Under the pieces are notes generated by a model. It was given only the letters and a program-made list of their open reading frames with translations. It ran no database searches and had not been told where the DNA came from. DNA of 64,000 nucleotides from Planctomycetota bacterium (GTDB lineage: Bacteria > Planctomycetota > UBA8108 > UBA1146): assembly GCA_032128395.1 (NCBI GenBank), contig JAQBGV010000096.1:8376-72375 (forward strand), in the 5' to 3' direction. Shown piece after piece: positions 8,698 to 19,000 of this stretch. The position numbers and the translations under genes were made by a program. Position 1 is the first letter of the stretch. Each line of letters starts with the position of its first letter.

Positions 8698-10762
8698 GAC
8701 CGACTCGTTTCCGTCCGAGGGGGAGCGCGGCGAAGATCCCCCCGAGGATCATCATGATCCAACCCGCCCAGACGAGCATGATCAGTGGATTTCGGAAGAT
8801 GACCAGGTTGTAGCTCCCGTCCTCCCCCGAAGATTGGAAGAAGACGTAGAGGTCCTCCAGCATTCCGCGGTGGATCTCCACCTCGGTGACCATGGTGTTC
8901 TTCTTCGGGTAGTGGCGCTTCTCGGGGAACATTCGGAACGCGCCGCCGAACTCAGGTCGAACCCCGATCTCGAGGGTCTGCAGCCCGAACACCTTGCCGG
9001 ATTCAGCCTGGTCGAGGGTCTGTGCATTCTCCAGGCTGATCTCGTAGCTCCCCACCTGTACCTGGTCCCCCGTACGCATTTTGAATTCCCGCTCCACCCG
9101 GTACATCGACGAGCAGACGATCCCGGTGGTGATCACCGCGAGGCCGACATGCACGAAGTAGCCACCGTACCGCCGGTTGTTGCGCACGGTGATGGTGACG
9201 AGTGTCTCGAGCAATCCCTGGCCAGTGCGTCGACTCCGGTTCTGCACGGTGCGGAGAACCTCGTAGCCGAGGGAGATGGCGATCAGGGTCGCGGAGTAGA
9301 GAACGACGAAGGTCGGGTAGATCCGTTTCGCCCAGCTGAGATCCCCCGTCTCCCCCGCCCGGATCAGTTCGGCACCCCACTGGATCGTCGCCGCGATCGG
9401 GACCGACACGAGGGCCGGGAGCAACAGGTTCCGCAGGAGCACCCGGGGGCTGGTCCGTATCCACCCGAGAGCGGGCCCCACCGCCGAGATCAGGAGCATG
9501 AGCACGAAGAACGGGACCGTCACCTGGTTGTAGGTCGGGGGTCCGACCGAAATCGCCTGGCCGAAGAACTCGTGGGAGATCTTCGGCCAGAGGGTCAGGA
9601 TCAGGATCGAGGAAGCGATCGCGAGCAGAACGAAGTTGTTGATCACGAACAGCGCTTCGCGCGACCAGAGCGTCTCGATCCGGTGCGGCGAGCGCATCGA
9701 GGGCTGCCGTAGCGTGATCAGGAACAGACACACCGCGATGCAGGTCAGCAGGAACCCGAGGAACCAGTCCCCCACCGGTCCGCTGCCGAACGCGTGCACC
9801 GAGTTGACGATGCCACTGCGGGTCAGGTACGTCCCGAAAATGCTCAGGACGAACACCAGCGTCGCGAGGAATGCGTTCCACGAGCGCATCATCCCGCGGC
9901 GTTCCTGCACCATGATCGAGTGCAGGAGGGCGGTCGAGGCGAACCACGGGAGGAAGCTCGCGTTCTCGACCGGGTCCCACGCCCAATAGCCTCCCCACCC
10001 GAGGACGACGTAGGCCCAGAGCCCTCCGAGGATGACGCCGGTCGTGTTGAAGAGCCAACCGAGCATCGTCCAGCGGCGGATCTTGGTGATCCAGTAGTTC
10101 CCCTGCTCGCCGATGATCAACGCCGCGATCGCGAAGCAGAACGGGACGGTGTAGACCACCCAGCCGAAGTAGAGGCACGGCGGGTGGATCAACATCCAAT
10201 AGTTCACGAGGAGCGGGTTGAGGCCGGAGCCGTCCAGGATGGGGGCGCCGTTCGGGAAGTTCTGAGCGAGGAACGCGGCCGAGTGGAGCTCGAATGGGTT
10301 CGTCACGAAGGCGACGACGACCAGGAAGAAGAGTTGGATCGATCCGAAGACGAGATACACCCACGGCTCGAGGCGGCGCCCCTCGCGGTCCCCTTCATCT
10401 CGCCGAAAACCGTACGCGACGATCCCCCCCACGACCCCGATCAGCGCCGCCCAGAAGAGGATCGAGCCGTCGAGTCCTCCCCAGAGCCCCGCGATCTTGT
10501 AGGAGAGAGGGAGTCCGCGCTCGGAGTAGTCGTAGATGTAAGAGCGGTCGTAGGCCCCGTTTACGAAGCCCGCGACCAGGCCGATCGCCGCCCCGACGGT
10601 CGCCCCGCCGGTGGCGACCAGTGAACGTCGCGCGGCGAGAACGAGACGACGATCCTGGATCCAGTCGCCGAGCACGACCAGCAAGATCGTCAGGAGCCCG
10701 AGGCCAGCGCCGAGGATGACGAGGGCGCGGGAGAACTCCAGGTAGCCGAACTCATGGGGCAT
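8687..10762 (-). CDS. ccmF: cytochrome c-type biogenesis heme lyase subunit CcmF
   Basis: 691 aa polytopic membrane protein with WGGYWAWDPVENASFLPW tryptophan-rich (WWD) motif and conserved His; overlaps ccmH start. Confidence 0.9.
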   Translation of the reverse strand: MPHEFGYLEFSRALVILGAGLGLLTILLVVLGDWIQDRRLVLAARRSLVATGGATVGAAIGLVAGFVNGAYDRSYIYDYSERGLPLSYKIAGLWGGLDGSILFWAALIGVVGGIVAYGFRRDEGDREGRRLEPWVYLVFGSIQLFFLVVVAFVTNPFELHSAAFLAQNFPNGAPILDGSGLNPLLVNYWMLIHPPCLYFGWVVYTVPFCFAIAALIIGEQGNYWITKIRRWTMLGWLFNTTGVILGGLWAYVVLGWGGYWAWDPVENASFLPWFASTALLHSIMVQERRGMMRSWNAFLATLVFVLSIFGTYLTRSGIVNSVHAFGSGPVGDWFLGFLLTCIAVCLFLITLRQPSMRSPHRIETLWSREALFVINNFVLLAIASSILILTLWPKISHEFFGQAISVGPPTYNQVTVPFFVLMLLISAVGPALGWIRTSPRVLLRNLLLPALVSVPIAATIQWGAELIRAGETGDLSWAKRIYPTFVVLYSATLIAISLGYEVLRTVQNRSRRTGQGLLETLVTITVRNNRRYGGYFVHVGLAVITTGIVCSSMYRVEREFKMRTGDQVQVGSYEISLENAQTLDQAESGKVFGLQTLEIGVRPEFGGAFRMFPEKRHYPKKNTMVTEVEIHRGMLEDLYVFFQSSGEDGSYNLVIFRNPLIMLVWAGWIMMILGGIFAALPLGRKRVGLAD

Positions 10763-10789
10763 GGGACGTCCTGCGGTTCCGAGGGCCCC

Positions 10790-11242
10790 CTACTCTGGAT
10801 CGGGGGGAGAGACTGTAGGCGGTGGGGCTGCGGATTCGGGCGCGCTGCCGTAGACGTCGGCAGAGCCCATCACTCCGCTCTCCTCGTACTTCGAGGGGCA
10901 CTTCGTGAAGATCTTGGTTCCCTCGAAAAGTTCGGTCTTGCCGACGAAGACTCCGATCACCGCCACATCCGTGTCGACCTTGAAAATGTCGGGGCGGTGG
11001 TCATCCACCGAAGCGATGATACGCACCGAAGGGTCTTCGATGTCGCGGATCGTGAACCGCATCGGACGGACGTCGCTGTCGATCGCGTGGATCACGCCTT
11101 GAAGGCGGACGATCTTGCCCTCGTAGTCACCCATCCGGAGCGACTGGACACCGACTTCGGGGATCGCGCCTTGGAGGATCCCCATCGTCACGAGACCGAC
11201 CAGCCCGATCAGAATGAGCAGGCCGGGAATTGCGATCTTCAA
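10790..11242 (-). CDS. ccmE: heme chaperone CcmE, variant with C-x3-Y heme-binding motif
   Basis: 150 aa, N-terminal TM anchor, OB-fold-like core; FTKCPSKYEE aligns with E. coli LAKHDENYTP (His130 replaced by Cys). Confidence 0.8.
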   Translation of the reverse strand: MKIAIPGLLILIGLVGLVTMGILQGAIPEVGVQSLRMGDYEGKIVRLQGVIHAIDSDVRPMRFTIRDIEDPSVRIIASVDDHRPDIFKVDTDVAVIGVFVGKTELFEGTKIFTKCPSKYEESGVMGSADVYGSAPESAAPPPTVSPPDPE

Positions 11243-11286
11243 TTCGGCTCCCTCCGGGGTCTGGCTCCGTCGCGCGCAAGTCGTGT

Positions 11287-11340
11287 CCGACTTTCCACTA
11301 TCGGCCCGACTTCCATTATCGGCCCGACTTCCATTATCGG
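11287..11340. repeat. three tandem 18-bp direct repeats, each CCGA-N10-TCGG, in divergent ccmE/HAD promoter region
   Basis: ccgactttccactatcgg / cccgacttccattatcgg / cccgacttccattatcgg (last two identical). Confidence 0.8.
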
Positions 11341-11405
11341 ATCGTCGGCTTCTCGATCACAGTCCGATCGCGCGGATTCGGTCCCCCGTAGGTCGACAGT
11401 ATCCT

Positions 11406-12197
11406 ATGATGCTGACCGATCGGAGGGCAATCCTGCGATTTCCGGGCCTGAGCGCCCTGCTGCGCCCGGAATGCATCCAGACGCTTCGCCTCGCGGATTG
11501 GAGGGACATGGACGAACCGTTCCTCGGCCCGCTCCGGATCGTCGTCTTCGACCTCGACGGCACCCTGATCGACTCCCTTCCCGACATCGCTCACGCCGTG
11601 AACGAGGTGCGTCGTGCCCACGCTGCCAGCCCAACCCCCCTCGAGCAGATCCGCGCCGCGATCGGAGACGGGGCCCGCGTCCTCGCCGGACGGGTCTTCG
11701 GCGATTTGAGAGAGGTGGGCGAAGAGGCGATCCTCGGGGAGTTCCTCGCCGAGTACGAACGATGCAGTGTCGAGAACCTCGAGCCCTGGCGAACGGGCTC
11801 GCAGGAGCTCCTCGATCTCCTGACCGGACACGGTCTCGAACTCGCCATCCTCTCGAACAAGCCGCTAGCTCTGACCGAGCGCATCCTCGAGAACACGGAG
11901 GCGCGCTCCCAATTCGTTCTGGTGCGGGGGCCGGAGAATTCTCCGGCCGCGAAGCCGGACCCGCTCGCACTCCTCGACATCATCGCGTCGCGTGGATTCG
12001 CTCCGACCGAGGCGTGCTTCGTCGGCGATTCGATCGTCGACTTCGCGACGGGTCGTGCCGCGGGGGTCTTCACGATCGGCGTCCGGGGCGGATACCGCGC
12101 GGACGGAGAGCCGGGCCCCGACGTCTGGTGCGACGATCCCGCCGCGGTCTTCGATTGCCTCCGAGTTTCCTCCATCCGAACTGCGGAGGCCGAATGA
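11406..12197 (+). CDS. HAD-family hydrolase (phosphoglycolate phosphatase-like)
   Basis: VVFDLDGTLIDS motif I, SNK motif, C-terminal GDSxxD; ATG start inside longer ORF; stop overlaps nfo start. Confidence 0.8.
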   Translation: MMLTDRRAILRFPGLSALLRPECIQTLRLADWRDMDEPFLGPLRIVVFDLDGTLIDSLPDIAHAVNEVRRAHAASPTPLEQIRAAIGDGARVLAGRVFGDLREVGEEAILGEFLAEYERCSVENLEPWRTGSQELLDLLTGHGLELAILSNKPLALTERILENTEARSQFVLVRGPENSPAAKPDPLALLDIIASRGFAPTEACFVGDSIVDFATGRAAGVFTIGVRGGYRADGEPGPDVWCDDPAAVFDCLRVSSIRTAEAE

Positions 12198-13078
12198 GCG
12201 CGCTCCCGACCACCGCAGAGAGCGAAGCGAAGGAGCTGCGACTCTGCCTCGGGTCCCATCTGTCGGTGGCGGGGGGCCCTTGGAAAGCGGTCGACGAAGC
12301 GATCGAATTGAAGTTGCGCAGCCTCCAGATCTTCACCAAGAATGCGAGTCGATGGAGCCAGCGCCCGATCGCGGAGGGCGAAGCCGAGCGCTTCGGAGCA
12401 AGACGCGCGGCGTGGGGGGATGGCCCGGTCGTCAGCCACACCTCCTACCTGATCAATCTCGGTTCTCCGAAGGAAGAGTTGTTCCAGAAGTCCTCCGCCG
12501 CGCTCGCGGACGAAATGGAACGCGCGGCGATCCTCGGTCTCGACGGAGTCGTCCAGCATCCCGGTGCGCACGTCGGCTCCGGGGTCGAGGCGGCGATCGA
12601 GAGCATCGCCCGCGGCGCGCAGGCCGTGCTCGATCGCGCTCCCGAGGGCCCGCGGCTCCTCCTCGAGAACACGGCGGGAGCGGGATCGACGATCGGCCGC
12701 TCCTTCGAGGAACTCGCCGCTCTCCTCGCGGGGATCGATCGCCCCGACCGCACCGGGATCTGTCTCGACACCTGCCATCTCTTCGCGTCGGGATACGATC
12801 TTCGGACCGAGGAAGGATACGCTGCGACGATCGCCGAACTCGAACGCCACATCGATGTCTCCCGGGTGGCCTGCTGGCACCTCAACGATTCGCGGGGGGA
12901 CCTGGGGAGCAACCTCGACCGGCACGAGCACATCGGCACCGGAGCGATCGGCCTCGAAGGGTTCCGACACCTGCTCGCCGATCCGCGCTTCCACGGGGTC
13001 CCGAAGATCCTCGAGACACCGAAGGATGGTGACGCGGACCAGGTGAACCTCCGTGTCCTCCGCGAGTTGGTTCCGTGA
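12194..13078 (+). CDS. nfo: deoxyribonuclease IV (endonuclease IV)
   Basis: AP-endonuclease family 2 residues (HxxY, LENTAGAG, DTCHLFASGYD, WHLNDS); ~295 aa; real gene is the 3' end of artefactual ORF 10754..13078. Confidence 0.9.
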   Translation: MSALPTTAESEAKELRLCLGSHLSVAGGPWKAVDEAIELKLRSLQIFTKNASRWSQRPIAEGEAERFGARRAAWGDGPVVSHTSYLINLGSPKEELFQKSSAALADEMERAAILGLDGVVQHPGAHVGSGVEAAIESIARGAQAVLDRAPEGPRLLLENTAGAGSTIGRSFEELAALLAGIDRPDRTGICLDTCHLFASGYDLRTEEGYAATIAELERHIDVSRVACWHLNDSRGDLGSNLDRHEHIGTGAIGLEGFRHLLADPRFHGVPKILETPKDGDADQVNLRVLRELVP

Positions 13079-13103
13079 GCGGCGCGGCGGGAGCATCGAA
13101 GCG

Positions 13104-14621
13104 ATGACCAACCGCATCGTGCTCCCGGTCGACCGCGCCCGAGCGGTGGTACTCGTCGAGGCGATCGAACGCACCGATCCCGAGGGGGCGTGGCTCCCTC
13201 TCCCCGATCGTGAGGATGCCACGCGGCGCGCCCGGGCCCTCCTCGGCGACTCGTCGACCGCGGATGAGGTCGCGGCGGCGATCGCATCCCGCGCGGATGA
13301 ACTCATCGCCACACTCGGGCGAGACGAACCCGCGCTGCCACGGATCGCGCGGGGGATCCCGACGGGGCTCCTGGTCGGCGCCGCCCTCCTCATCCCACTG
13401 ATCTACGGACTCGGCCGGAGCATCCTCGGCCCCGGGAACACGATCGACATCTTCCGGAACCCGCTGATCTTGTTGGTACTGTGGAACTCGGCGGTCACGG
13501 TCGTCTCGCTGCTCGTTCTCCTCTTTCGCGCTCGGGGACCGAAGCGTCGGAGGGACCGGACCGATGGCGGCGACCGAGTGCCTCGTCCCCCTCTCCTGTC
13601 GACTCGACTCGGCGAGTGGCTCCTCGCCCTTGGAGTCGGAGCCCGTGCGCTCCGCACCGCAGACCGGACCGGCCATCGGCGGCGCGCTCTCACCGAATTC
13701 TCTCTCCGCTGGCGCTCGGTCGCTGCGATCCCCCTCGCCACCACCGCGCGAATCCTCCTGAACATCGGCGCGCTCTTGCTTCTGTCGACGGCGATCCTCG
13801 AGGCGTACCTGCGGGGACTCTTCACCGAATACTCCGCCTCCTGGCACACGACGTTTCTCGAGCCGGCACAGGCGGAGCGGTTGGCGAAGATCATCTACGG
13901 TCTCCCCGCCGCCCTCCTCGGCCGTGCCGTCGTCTTGCCGGGCGCAGGGGTGGGTGAACCCGCCGCCGGTTGGATCCACTTGATGGCGCTCGCGGCGCTG
14001 ATCTACGCGATCCTGCCGCGTCTCTTCCTGCTCACCGGGACGATCGTCGCTCGCCATAGGGCGCGGCGCGTCACGGTATCGATCTCCCCCGCGCTCGCCC
14101 GACGCTTGCGGGCCCGCGCGATCACCGGGTTTGCGAGCGTCGTGGTCTCACCGTACAGCTGCCGGATCCCCGAGGGGGGCGCCGATCGTCTGCGGGCGCT
14201 ACTCGTCGAGTTGCTCGGAGAACGCGCCGTCATCGAGTTCGCCTCCCCCGTCGAATACGGGGCCGAGGCGCTCGACGAGGGACGGCAGGGGGGGAGCGAC
14301 CCCGAACATCTCTGCCGCGTCGTCCTCTTCGCGCTCGCCCAGCCGCCGGAGACCGAGGTCCACGGCGCTCTCGCTCACGCCCTCGCGCGGGAAGACGCGC
14401 CGGTGATCGCCGTAGTCGATGCTTCGGGGCTCGGGCGCCGATTCGGGTCCGACGATGAGGGTCGCGCGCGACTCGCCGAGCGCCGTCGCACATGGGACCG
14501 GGTCCTCGCGGATGCGGGGATCGAAGCGTGCCACCTCGACCTGGCCCGAGACCTCGATGACCGGAGCTTCGCGGCGCTCGGTCGCGCCCTCGCCGCGACC
14601 CAGGATGGAGTGGTCCGGTGA
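13104..14621 (+). CDS. DUF2868-like integral membrane protein
   Basis: ~505 aa, several TM segments, Arg-rich loops; genomic pairing and ATGA overlap with following GTPase/DUF3482-like gene is the recurrent DUF2868/DUF3482 arrangement (family call from memory). Confidence 0.6.
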   Translation: MTNRIVLPVDRARAVVLVEAIERTDPEGAWLPLPDREDATRRARALLGDSSTADEVAAAIASRADELIATLGRDEPALPRIARGIPTGLLVGAALLIPLIYGLGRSILGPGNTIDIFRNPLILLVLWNSAVTVVSLLVLLFRARGPKRRRDRTDGGDRVPRPPLLSTRLGEWLLALGVGARALRTADRTGHRRRALTEFSLRWRSVAAIPLATTARILLNIGALLLLSTAILEAYLRGLFTEYSASWHTTFLEPAQAERLAKIIYGLPAALLGRAVVLPGAGVGEPAAGWIHLMALAALIYAILPRLFLLTGTIVARHRARRVTVSISPALARRLRARAITGFASVVVSPYSCRIPEGGADRLRALLVELLGERAVIEFASPVEYGAEALDEGRQGGSDPEHLCRVVLFALAQPPETEVHGALAHALAREDAPVIAVVDASGLGRRFGSDDEGRARLAERRRTWDRVLADAGIEACHLDLARDLDDRSFAALGRALAATQDGVVR

Positions 14622-16081
14622 ACGATCCGCGCACGATCACCTGGAGCATCGTCTCGCACACGAACGTCGGGAAGACGACCCTGGCGCGCACTCTGCTCCG
14701 GCGAGAGGTCGGCGAGGTCGCGGACCAGGCCCACGTCACCGACCGGGCCGAGCGGCACACGCTGCTCGAGGCGGGAGACCACCGATTGGTCCTCTGGGAC
14801 ACCCCCGGATTCGGGGACAGCGCACGCCTCATCCGACGGCTCCGCGGGCAGGGGCAGCCACTGGGATGGCTACTCGCCCAGGTGTGGGACCGGATCGCCG
14901 ACCGGCCGCTGTACTGCAGCCAGAAGGCGATCGCGAACATCCGCGACGAGGCCGATCTGGTCCTCTACCTGGTCAGTGCGGCGGAGAGCCCCGAAGAAGC
15001 AGGGTACGTTCCTCACGAGATGGAGCTGCTCGCATGGACCGAGGTCCCGGTGGTGTTGCTCCTCAACCAGACCGGGGAGAGCTCGCTCGATGAGCTCGCG
15101 GAACTCGCGGATCGATGGCGAAAGGCGAGCGAGGCATGGCCGGCGGTGCGCGGGGTGCTCTCACTCGATGCCCACCGGCGCTCGTGGGTCGAGGAAGGGG
15201 TCCTCCTCGAGCAGTCCGCGTCGTGGCTCCCCGCGGAGAAGCGCCCCGTCCTCGAAGCGCTCTCCACCGCCTGGCGAACGCGGGCCCGCGCGCTCATCGA
15301 CGAGAGCGTCTCGGCCCTCGCCGAGTACCTCGCGGACCTGCTCCACCACCGGGAGTCGATCGAGGGAAGTTCCTTCTCTCCCGGGGCGAAGAAGGCGGCG
15401 CGGGAGCGGATCCGGGGGCGGGCCGAGGAACGCAGCCGCGCCCTCCTCGGCCGGTGGATCGCGGTCCACGGTCTGACCGGAGAGCTCGCGGAGCGGATCG
15501 AGGCGGACTGGGAGCATTTCGTCGACTCGGGGGCGGTCTGGCTCGACTCCAAGCGCCTGGGGGTCGGCGGGGCACTCGGGGGGGCGGCGACAGGTGCACT
15601 GGTCGACGCGAAGGCGCTCGGGATGACCCTCGGGGCGGGCACGTTGGTCGGTGGGATCCTGGGTGGGATCGCGGGGTGGGGACTGGGCGGTTGGATCGCG
15701 GATCGATCGGCTCGCGGGCGGCACATCAGGATCGGACCGGCGGCGATCGAGTCTCTCCTCGCGAGGTTGCTCGTCGGGCTGCTGGCGATCTCCCATCACG
15801 GGAGGGGCCGGGGCGAAGTGCGTGCGGAGGAGCTGGCGCGTCGCTGGTCGGATCAGGTCGCAGCGGTGCTGTCGAAATCGCGCAGCACTTTCGAACCGCT
15901 CTGGGAGCGCGGACGTGATGGGACGGCGGGAGCGCGAGAGAAGACGGCATCGCAACTCGAAGCGCCGATCCGTAGCGTGGTGATCGGTCTCTTGTCGTCG
16001 GACTCGGATCGGGTCGAGGAAACGCTGCGTCGGGCGGTGTCTGGCGGCGGCGCCGAGCCCGATTTGGGCGTACGACGATGA
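14618..16081 (+). CDS. GTPase/DUF3482-like membrane-associated GTPase
   Basis: G1 VSHTNVGKTTL, G3 DTPG, NQTG-like G4 (LLLNQTGE), followed by Gly-rich hydrophobic C-terminal domain; overlaps both neighbours by 4 bp. Confidence 0.7.
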   Translation: MNDPRTITWSIVSHTNVGKTTLARTLLRREVGEVADQAHVTDRAERHTLLEAGDHRLVLWDTPGFGDSARLIRRLRGQGQPLGWLLAQVWDRIADRPLYCSQKAIANIRDEADLVLYLVSAAESPEEAGYVPHEMELLAWTEVPVVLLLNQTGESSLDELAELADRWRKASEAWPAVRGVLSLDAHRRSWVEEGVLLEQSASWLPAEKRPVLEALSTAWRTRARALIDESVSALAEYLADLLHHRESIEGSSFSPGAKKAARERIRGRAEERSRALLGRWIAVHGLTGELAERIEADWEHFVDSGAVWLDSKRLGVGGALGGAATGALVDAKALGMTLGAGTLVGGILGGIAGWGLGGWIADRSARGRHIRIGPAAIESLLARLLVGLLAISHHGRGRGEVRAEELARRWSDQVAAVLSKSRSTFEPLWERGRDGTAGAREKTASQLEAPIRSVVIGLLSSDSDRVEETLRRAVSGGGAEPDLGVRR

Positions 16082-19000
16082 CGAGGCACTCCTCGAAAAG
16101 GCGTGGGGCGCGGTTCGATCGCGTTTTCTTCTTGGTCTGCCTCTGCTTCGTGCTTTCGGGCTTCTCGGCGCTCCTCTACCAGACCGCCTGGATGCGGCGC
16201 TTCTCGATCGTGTTCGGAACGTCCGAGCTCGCGATTGCGACGGTTCTCGCAGCGTACATGGGGGGACTGGCCCTAGGCGCGGCGCTCGCGGCGCGGTTCC
16301 TCCACCGCGTTCGCCGCCCGGTGCTGGTCTACGGTCTGCTCGAGGCCGGGATCGCGGTCGGTGCGTTGCTCGTGCCGGCCGGGTTGAACGCAGCTCAAGG
16401 GATCAGTCGCTGGGTACTCGGGGGTCAGCCGGCGGTGCCCTCGGCCGGCGGTTTGATGCAGCCACTCTTCTACTTTTTCTGTTCGCTGATCATCCTGGCG
16501 GTCCCGACCACGTTGATGGGTGCCACCTTTCCGCTCCTCACGCGTCACGCGGTGCGAACTCGCGAACAGATCGGGAGCCGCACCGGACTGCTCTACGCCC
16601 TGAACACCGCGGGCGCGGTGCTCGGCACGGTCGTTTGTGCGTTCGTATTGCTCCCGCGCCTGGGCCTCTTCGCCACCGTGATGGTCGGCGTGGTCACCAA
16701 TCTCATCGTGTGTGCGATAGCCATGGGGGTTGCCCGCCGCCCGCTGCCGAGCGAGTCTCGCGAGAGCACGGCGACGGAAGAAGCCACCGCGGCAGTGGCT
16801 CGCACCTGGCGTCGCGACTCCTTCATCCTGCCGATCATCCTGGTCTCGGGTGCCGTGTCCTTCATCTACGAAGTGCTCTGGACCCGACTGCTCACCCACG
16901 TGGTCGGCGCCAGCCTCTACGCTTTTGCCACCATGCTCGCCACCTTCCTGGTGGGGATCACGGTCGGCAGTGCGATCGCAGCGCGCCTCGCGAGCGAACG
17001 AAAGCGATCGGTGATCGGATTCGTCGTTTGTCAGCTCGGCATCGCGATCAGTTCACTGATCGTCTTTGGCCGACTCGACTCCGTGCCCCGCCTCGCTCAG
17101 CAACTGGGCGCGGGTGACCTGACCGGGGCCGTGGGCAACTTCATGGTCGGAGTCGTGGTACTACTCCCGTCGACGCTCTTCATCGGCGCCACCTTCCCAT
17201 TCGCACTCCGCATCTTCGCGCGCACCGAGGGCGAGGCCGGCTCCGCCTCGGGTCGCGTCTATGCGTGGAACACGTGTGGCGCGATCTTGGGGGCGTGGCT
17301 GGCGGGTTTCGTGATCGTTCCGAACCTGGGCTACGAGGGGACGATGGCGCTGACGGTGACCCTGAACTTCGGTCTCGCGATCGTGACCGCTTGGCTGCTC
17401 TTGGCGGCGACTTGGCGCGTCAGCGCCGGCATGACCATCGCTCTGATCGCCCTGCTGGCGCTGCTCTGGCCGTCCCAGCCGACCGATCTGCTCCGTGTGA
17501 CCTCGATCCCCCCCCGGCGACACGAACCCATCGGGGACATCATCTACTCGGGCGTCGGACGATCGGCGACGGTGTTGATGGTCGAGCACGAAGGCGCGTT
17601 CTATCTGCGCACGAGCGGCCTGCAGGAAGCGGTGATCATGCCGCGCGGGGCGCCCCCCTATCGCTTCCAGCCGAATTGGTGGATGGGCACCCTGCCGGTT
17701 CTAGCGCACCCCCAGGCGAAGTCGATGCTCGTGATCGGCCTGGGGGGAGCGGTGGTGCTCGAGGGGGTGCCCCCGAGCATCGAGACCATCGACGTCGTCG
17801 AGCTCGAGCCCCAGGTGATCGACGCGAACCGCGCCATCGCCGATCGCCGGGCGGTGGATCCGCTCGAGGATCCGCGGGTGACCATCATCGTAAACGATGG
17901 GCGCAACGCACTCGCGCTCACCGACCGCAAGTACGATGTCATCGTGTCTCAGCCTTCGCACCCCTGGACGGCGGGAGCATCGCACCTCTACACCCAGGAG
18001 TTCATGCAGCAGGTGCGCGACCACCTCGCCGACGGCGGCGTGTTCGTTCAGGCCTACGTCGATCTGAGTGTCCTCGAGATCGTCGGTTCGACGCTGCTCT
18101 CGGTTTTTCCGGATGTGCGCCTCTATCGCCCGGGGGCGCTCCTGTACGTGGCTTCGGAGCGAACGCTGGCGGTGGAGCGCGACTTCGCCAGACGTACGAA
18201 TCCGCCGCCGTTTCAATTCGGCTGGCTGGCGCTCCACTCGGTCGAAGACGTGATCGCGAACCTGGCTCTCGACCACGAGGGGATCCGGCTGCTGTGCCAG
18301 GGAGTCGCGGTGAACACGGACGATCACAATCAGCTCGCGACCGAACGGCCCTACGTCGACTTTGCCCTGAACCCGCTGGCGAAGGTGGAACTCGAGCGCC
18401 GATTGATCGAGCTCGATCCGCTCCTGCGCAGGCTCCCGGCGCAGCCCGAGGGCCTGCATTGGGACCACGTGGCCTGGCGGCTCGCGATGATCGGCTTTCC
18501 GGACCGTGCTCTCCAGGTGGCCAGCCGGATCCCAGACTCGAGCGAGCGCCGCCTCGCCGAGGCCAGAGTTCTTCGAGAGCGAGGTCAGCTCGAGGATGCC
18601 GACGGGCAGATCGAACAGGTTCTGGCCGACGACCCGCGTCAGCCGCTCGCTCGTGCCCTTCGAGCCCTCTGGGACACCAGTGACGAGGCCACGATCGCTG
18701 AAAATTCCGAAGGGCTGCCGCCCGGGAGCGCCCTCGCCATCCAGGCGCGGCGAGCGATGCTCCGGAAGGACTGGGCGGCCATCGCCGACCTCGACCGGGA
18801 GCTAGCGGCCGTCGAGCCGAACGACCCGGCGTATCCATCGGCGCTCGAAATGCGCGTTCGCTGGCGAATCGCGCTCTATGGCGGGACCGATCTCGAGGCG
18901 GCCCGGGAGTCGCTGGGACTCGTCGATCAACTCGCGGCGCTGCTCCCCCGCGATGGGGTGTATCGAATCCGCATCGACGTAGGTTTCGCGGCCCAGCGCT

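Noticed and set aside
7562-9712. 716-aa plus-strand ORF and other long ORFs (9003..10364, 9794..10624) over ccmF/ccmH
   Set aside because: Opposite strand or alternate frames of clearly identified CcmF/CcmH; low-complexity Arg/Pro/Asp-rich translations.
10754-13078. 774-aa ORF spanning ccmE antisense, the tandem repeats, HAD gene frame and nfo
   Set aside because: Only the last 295 codons (from ATG 12194) are endonuclease IV; the upstream read-through is an open frame without stops, not a giant protein.
11591-13393. 600-aa minus-strand ORF antisense to HAD/nfo/DUF2868 (also 12882..14057, 14230..14940, 15013..15955)
   Set aside because: Antisense to co-directional, translationally coupled genes with recognisable motifs; Ser/Arg/Pro-rich.
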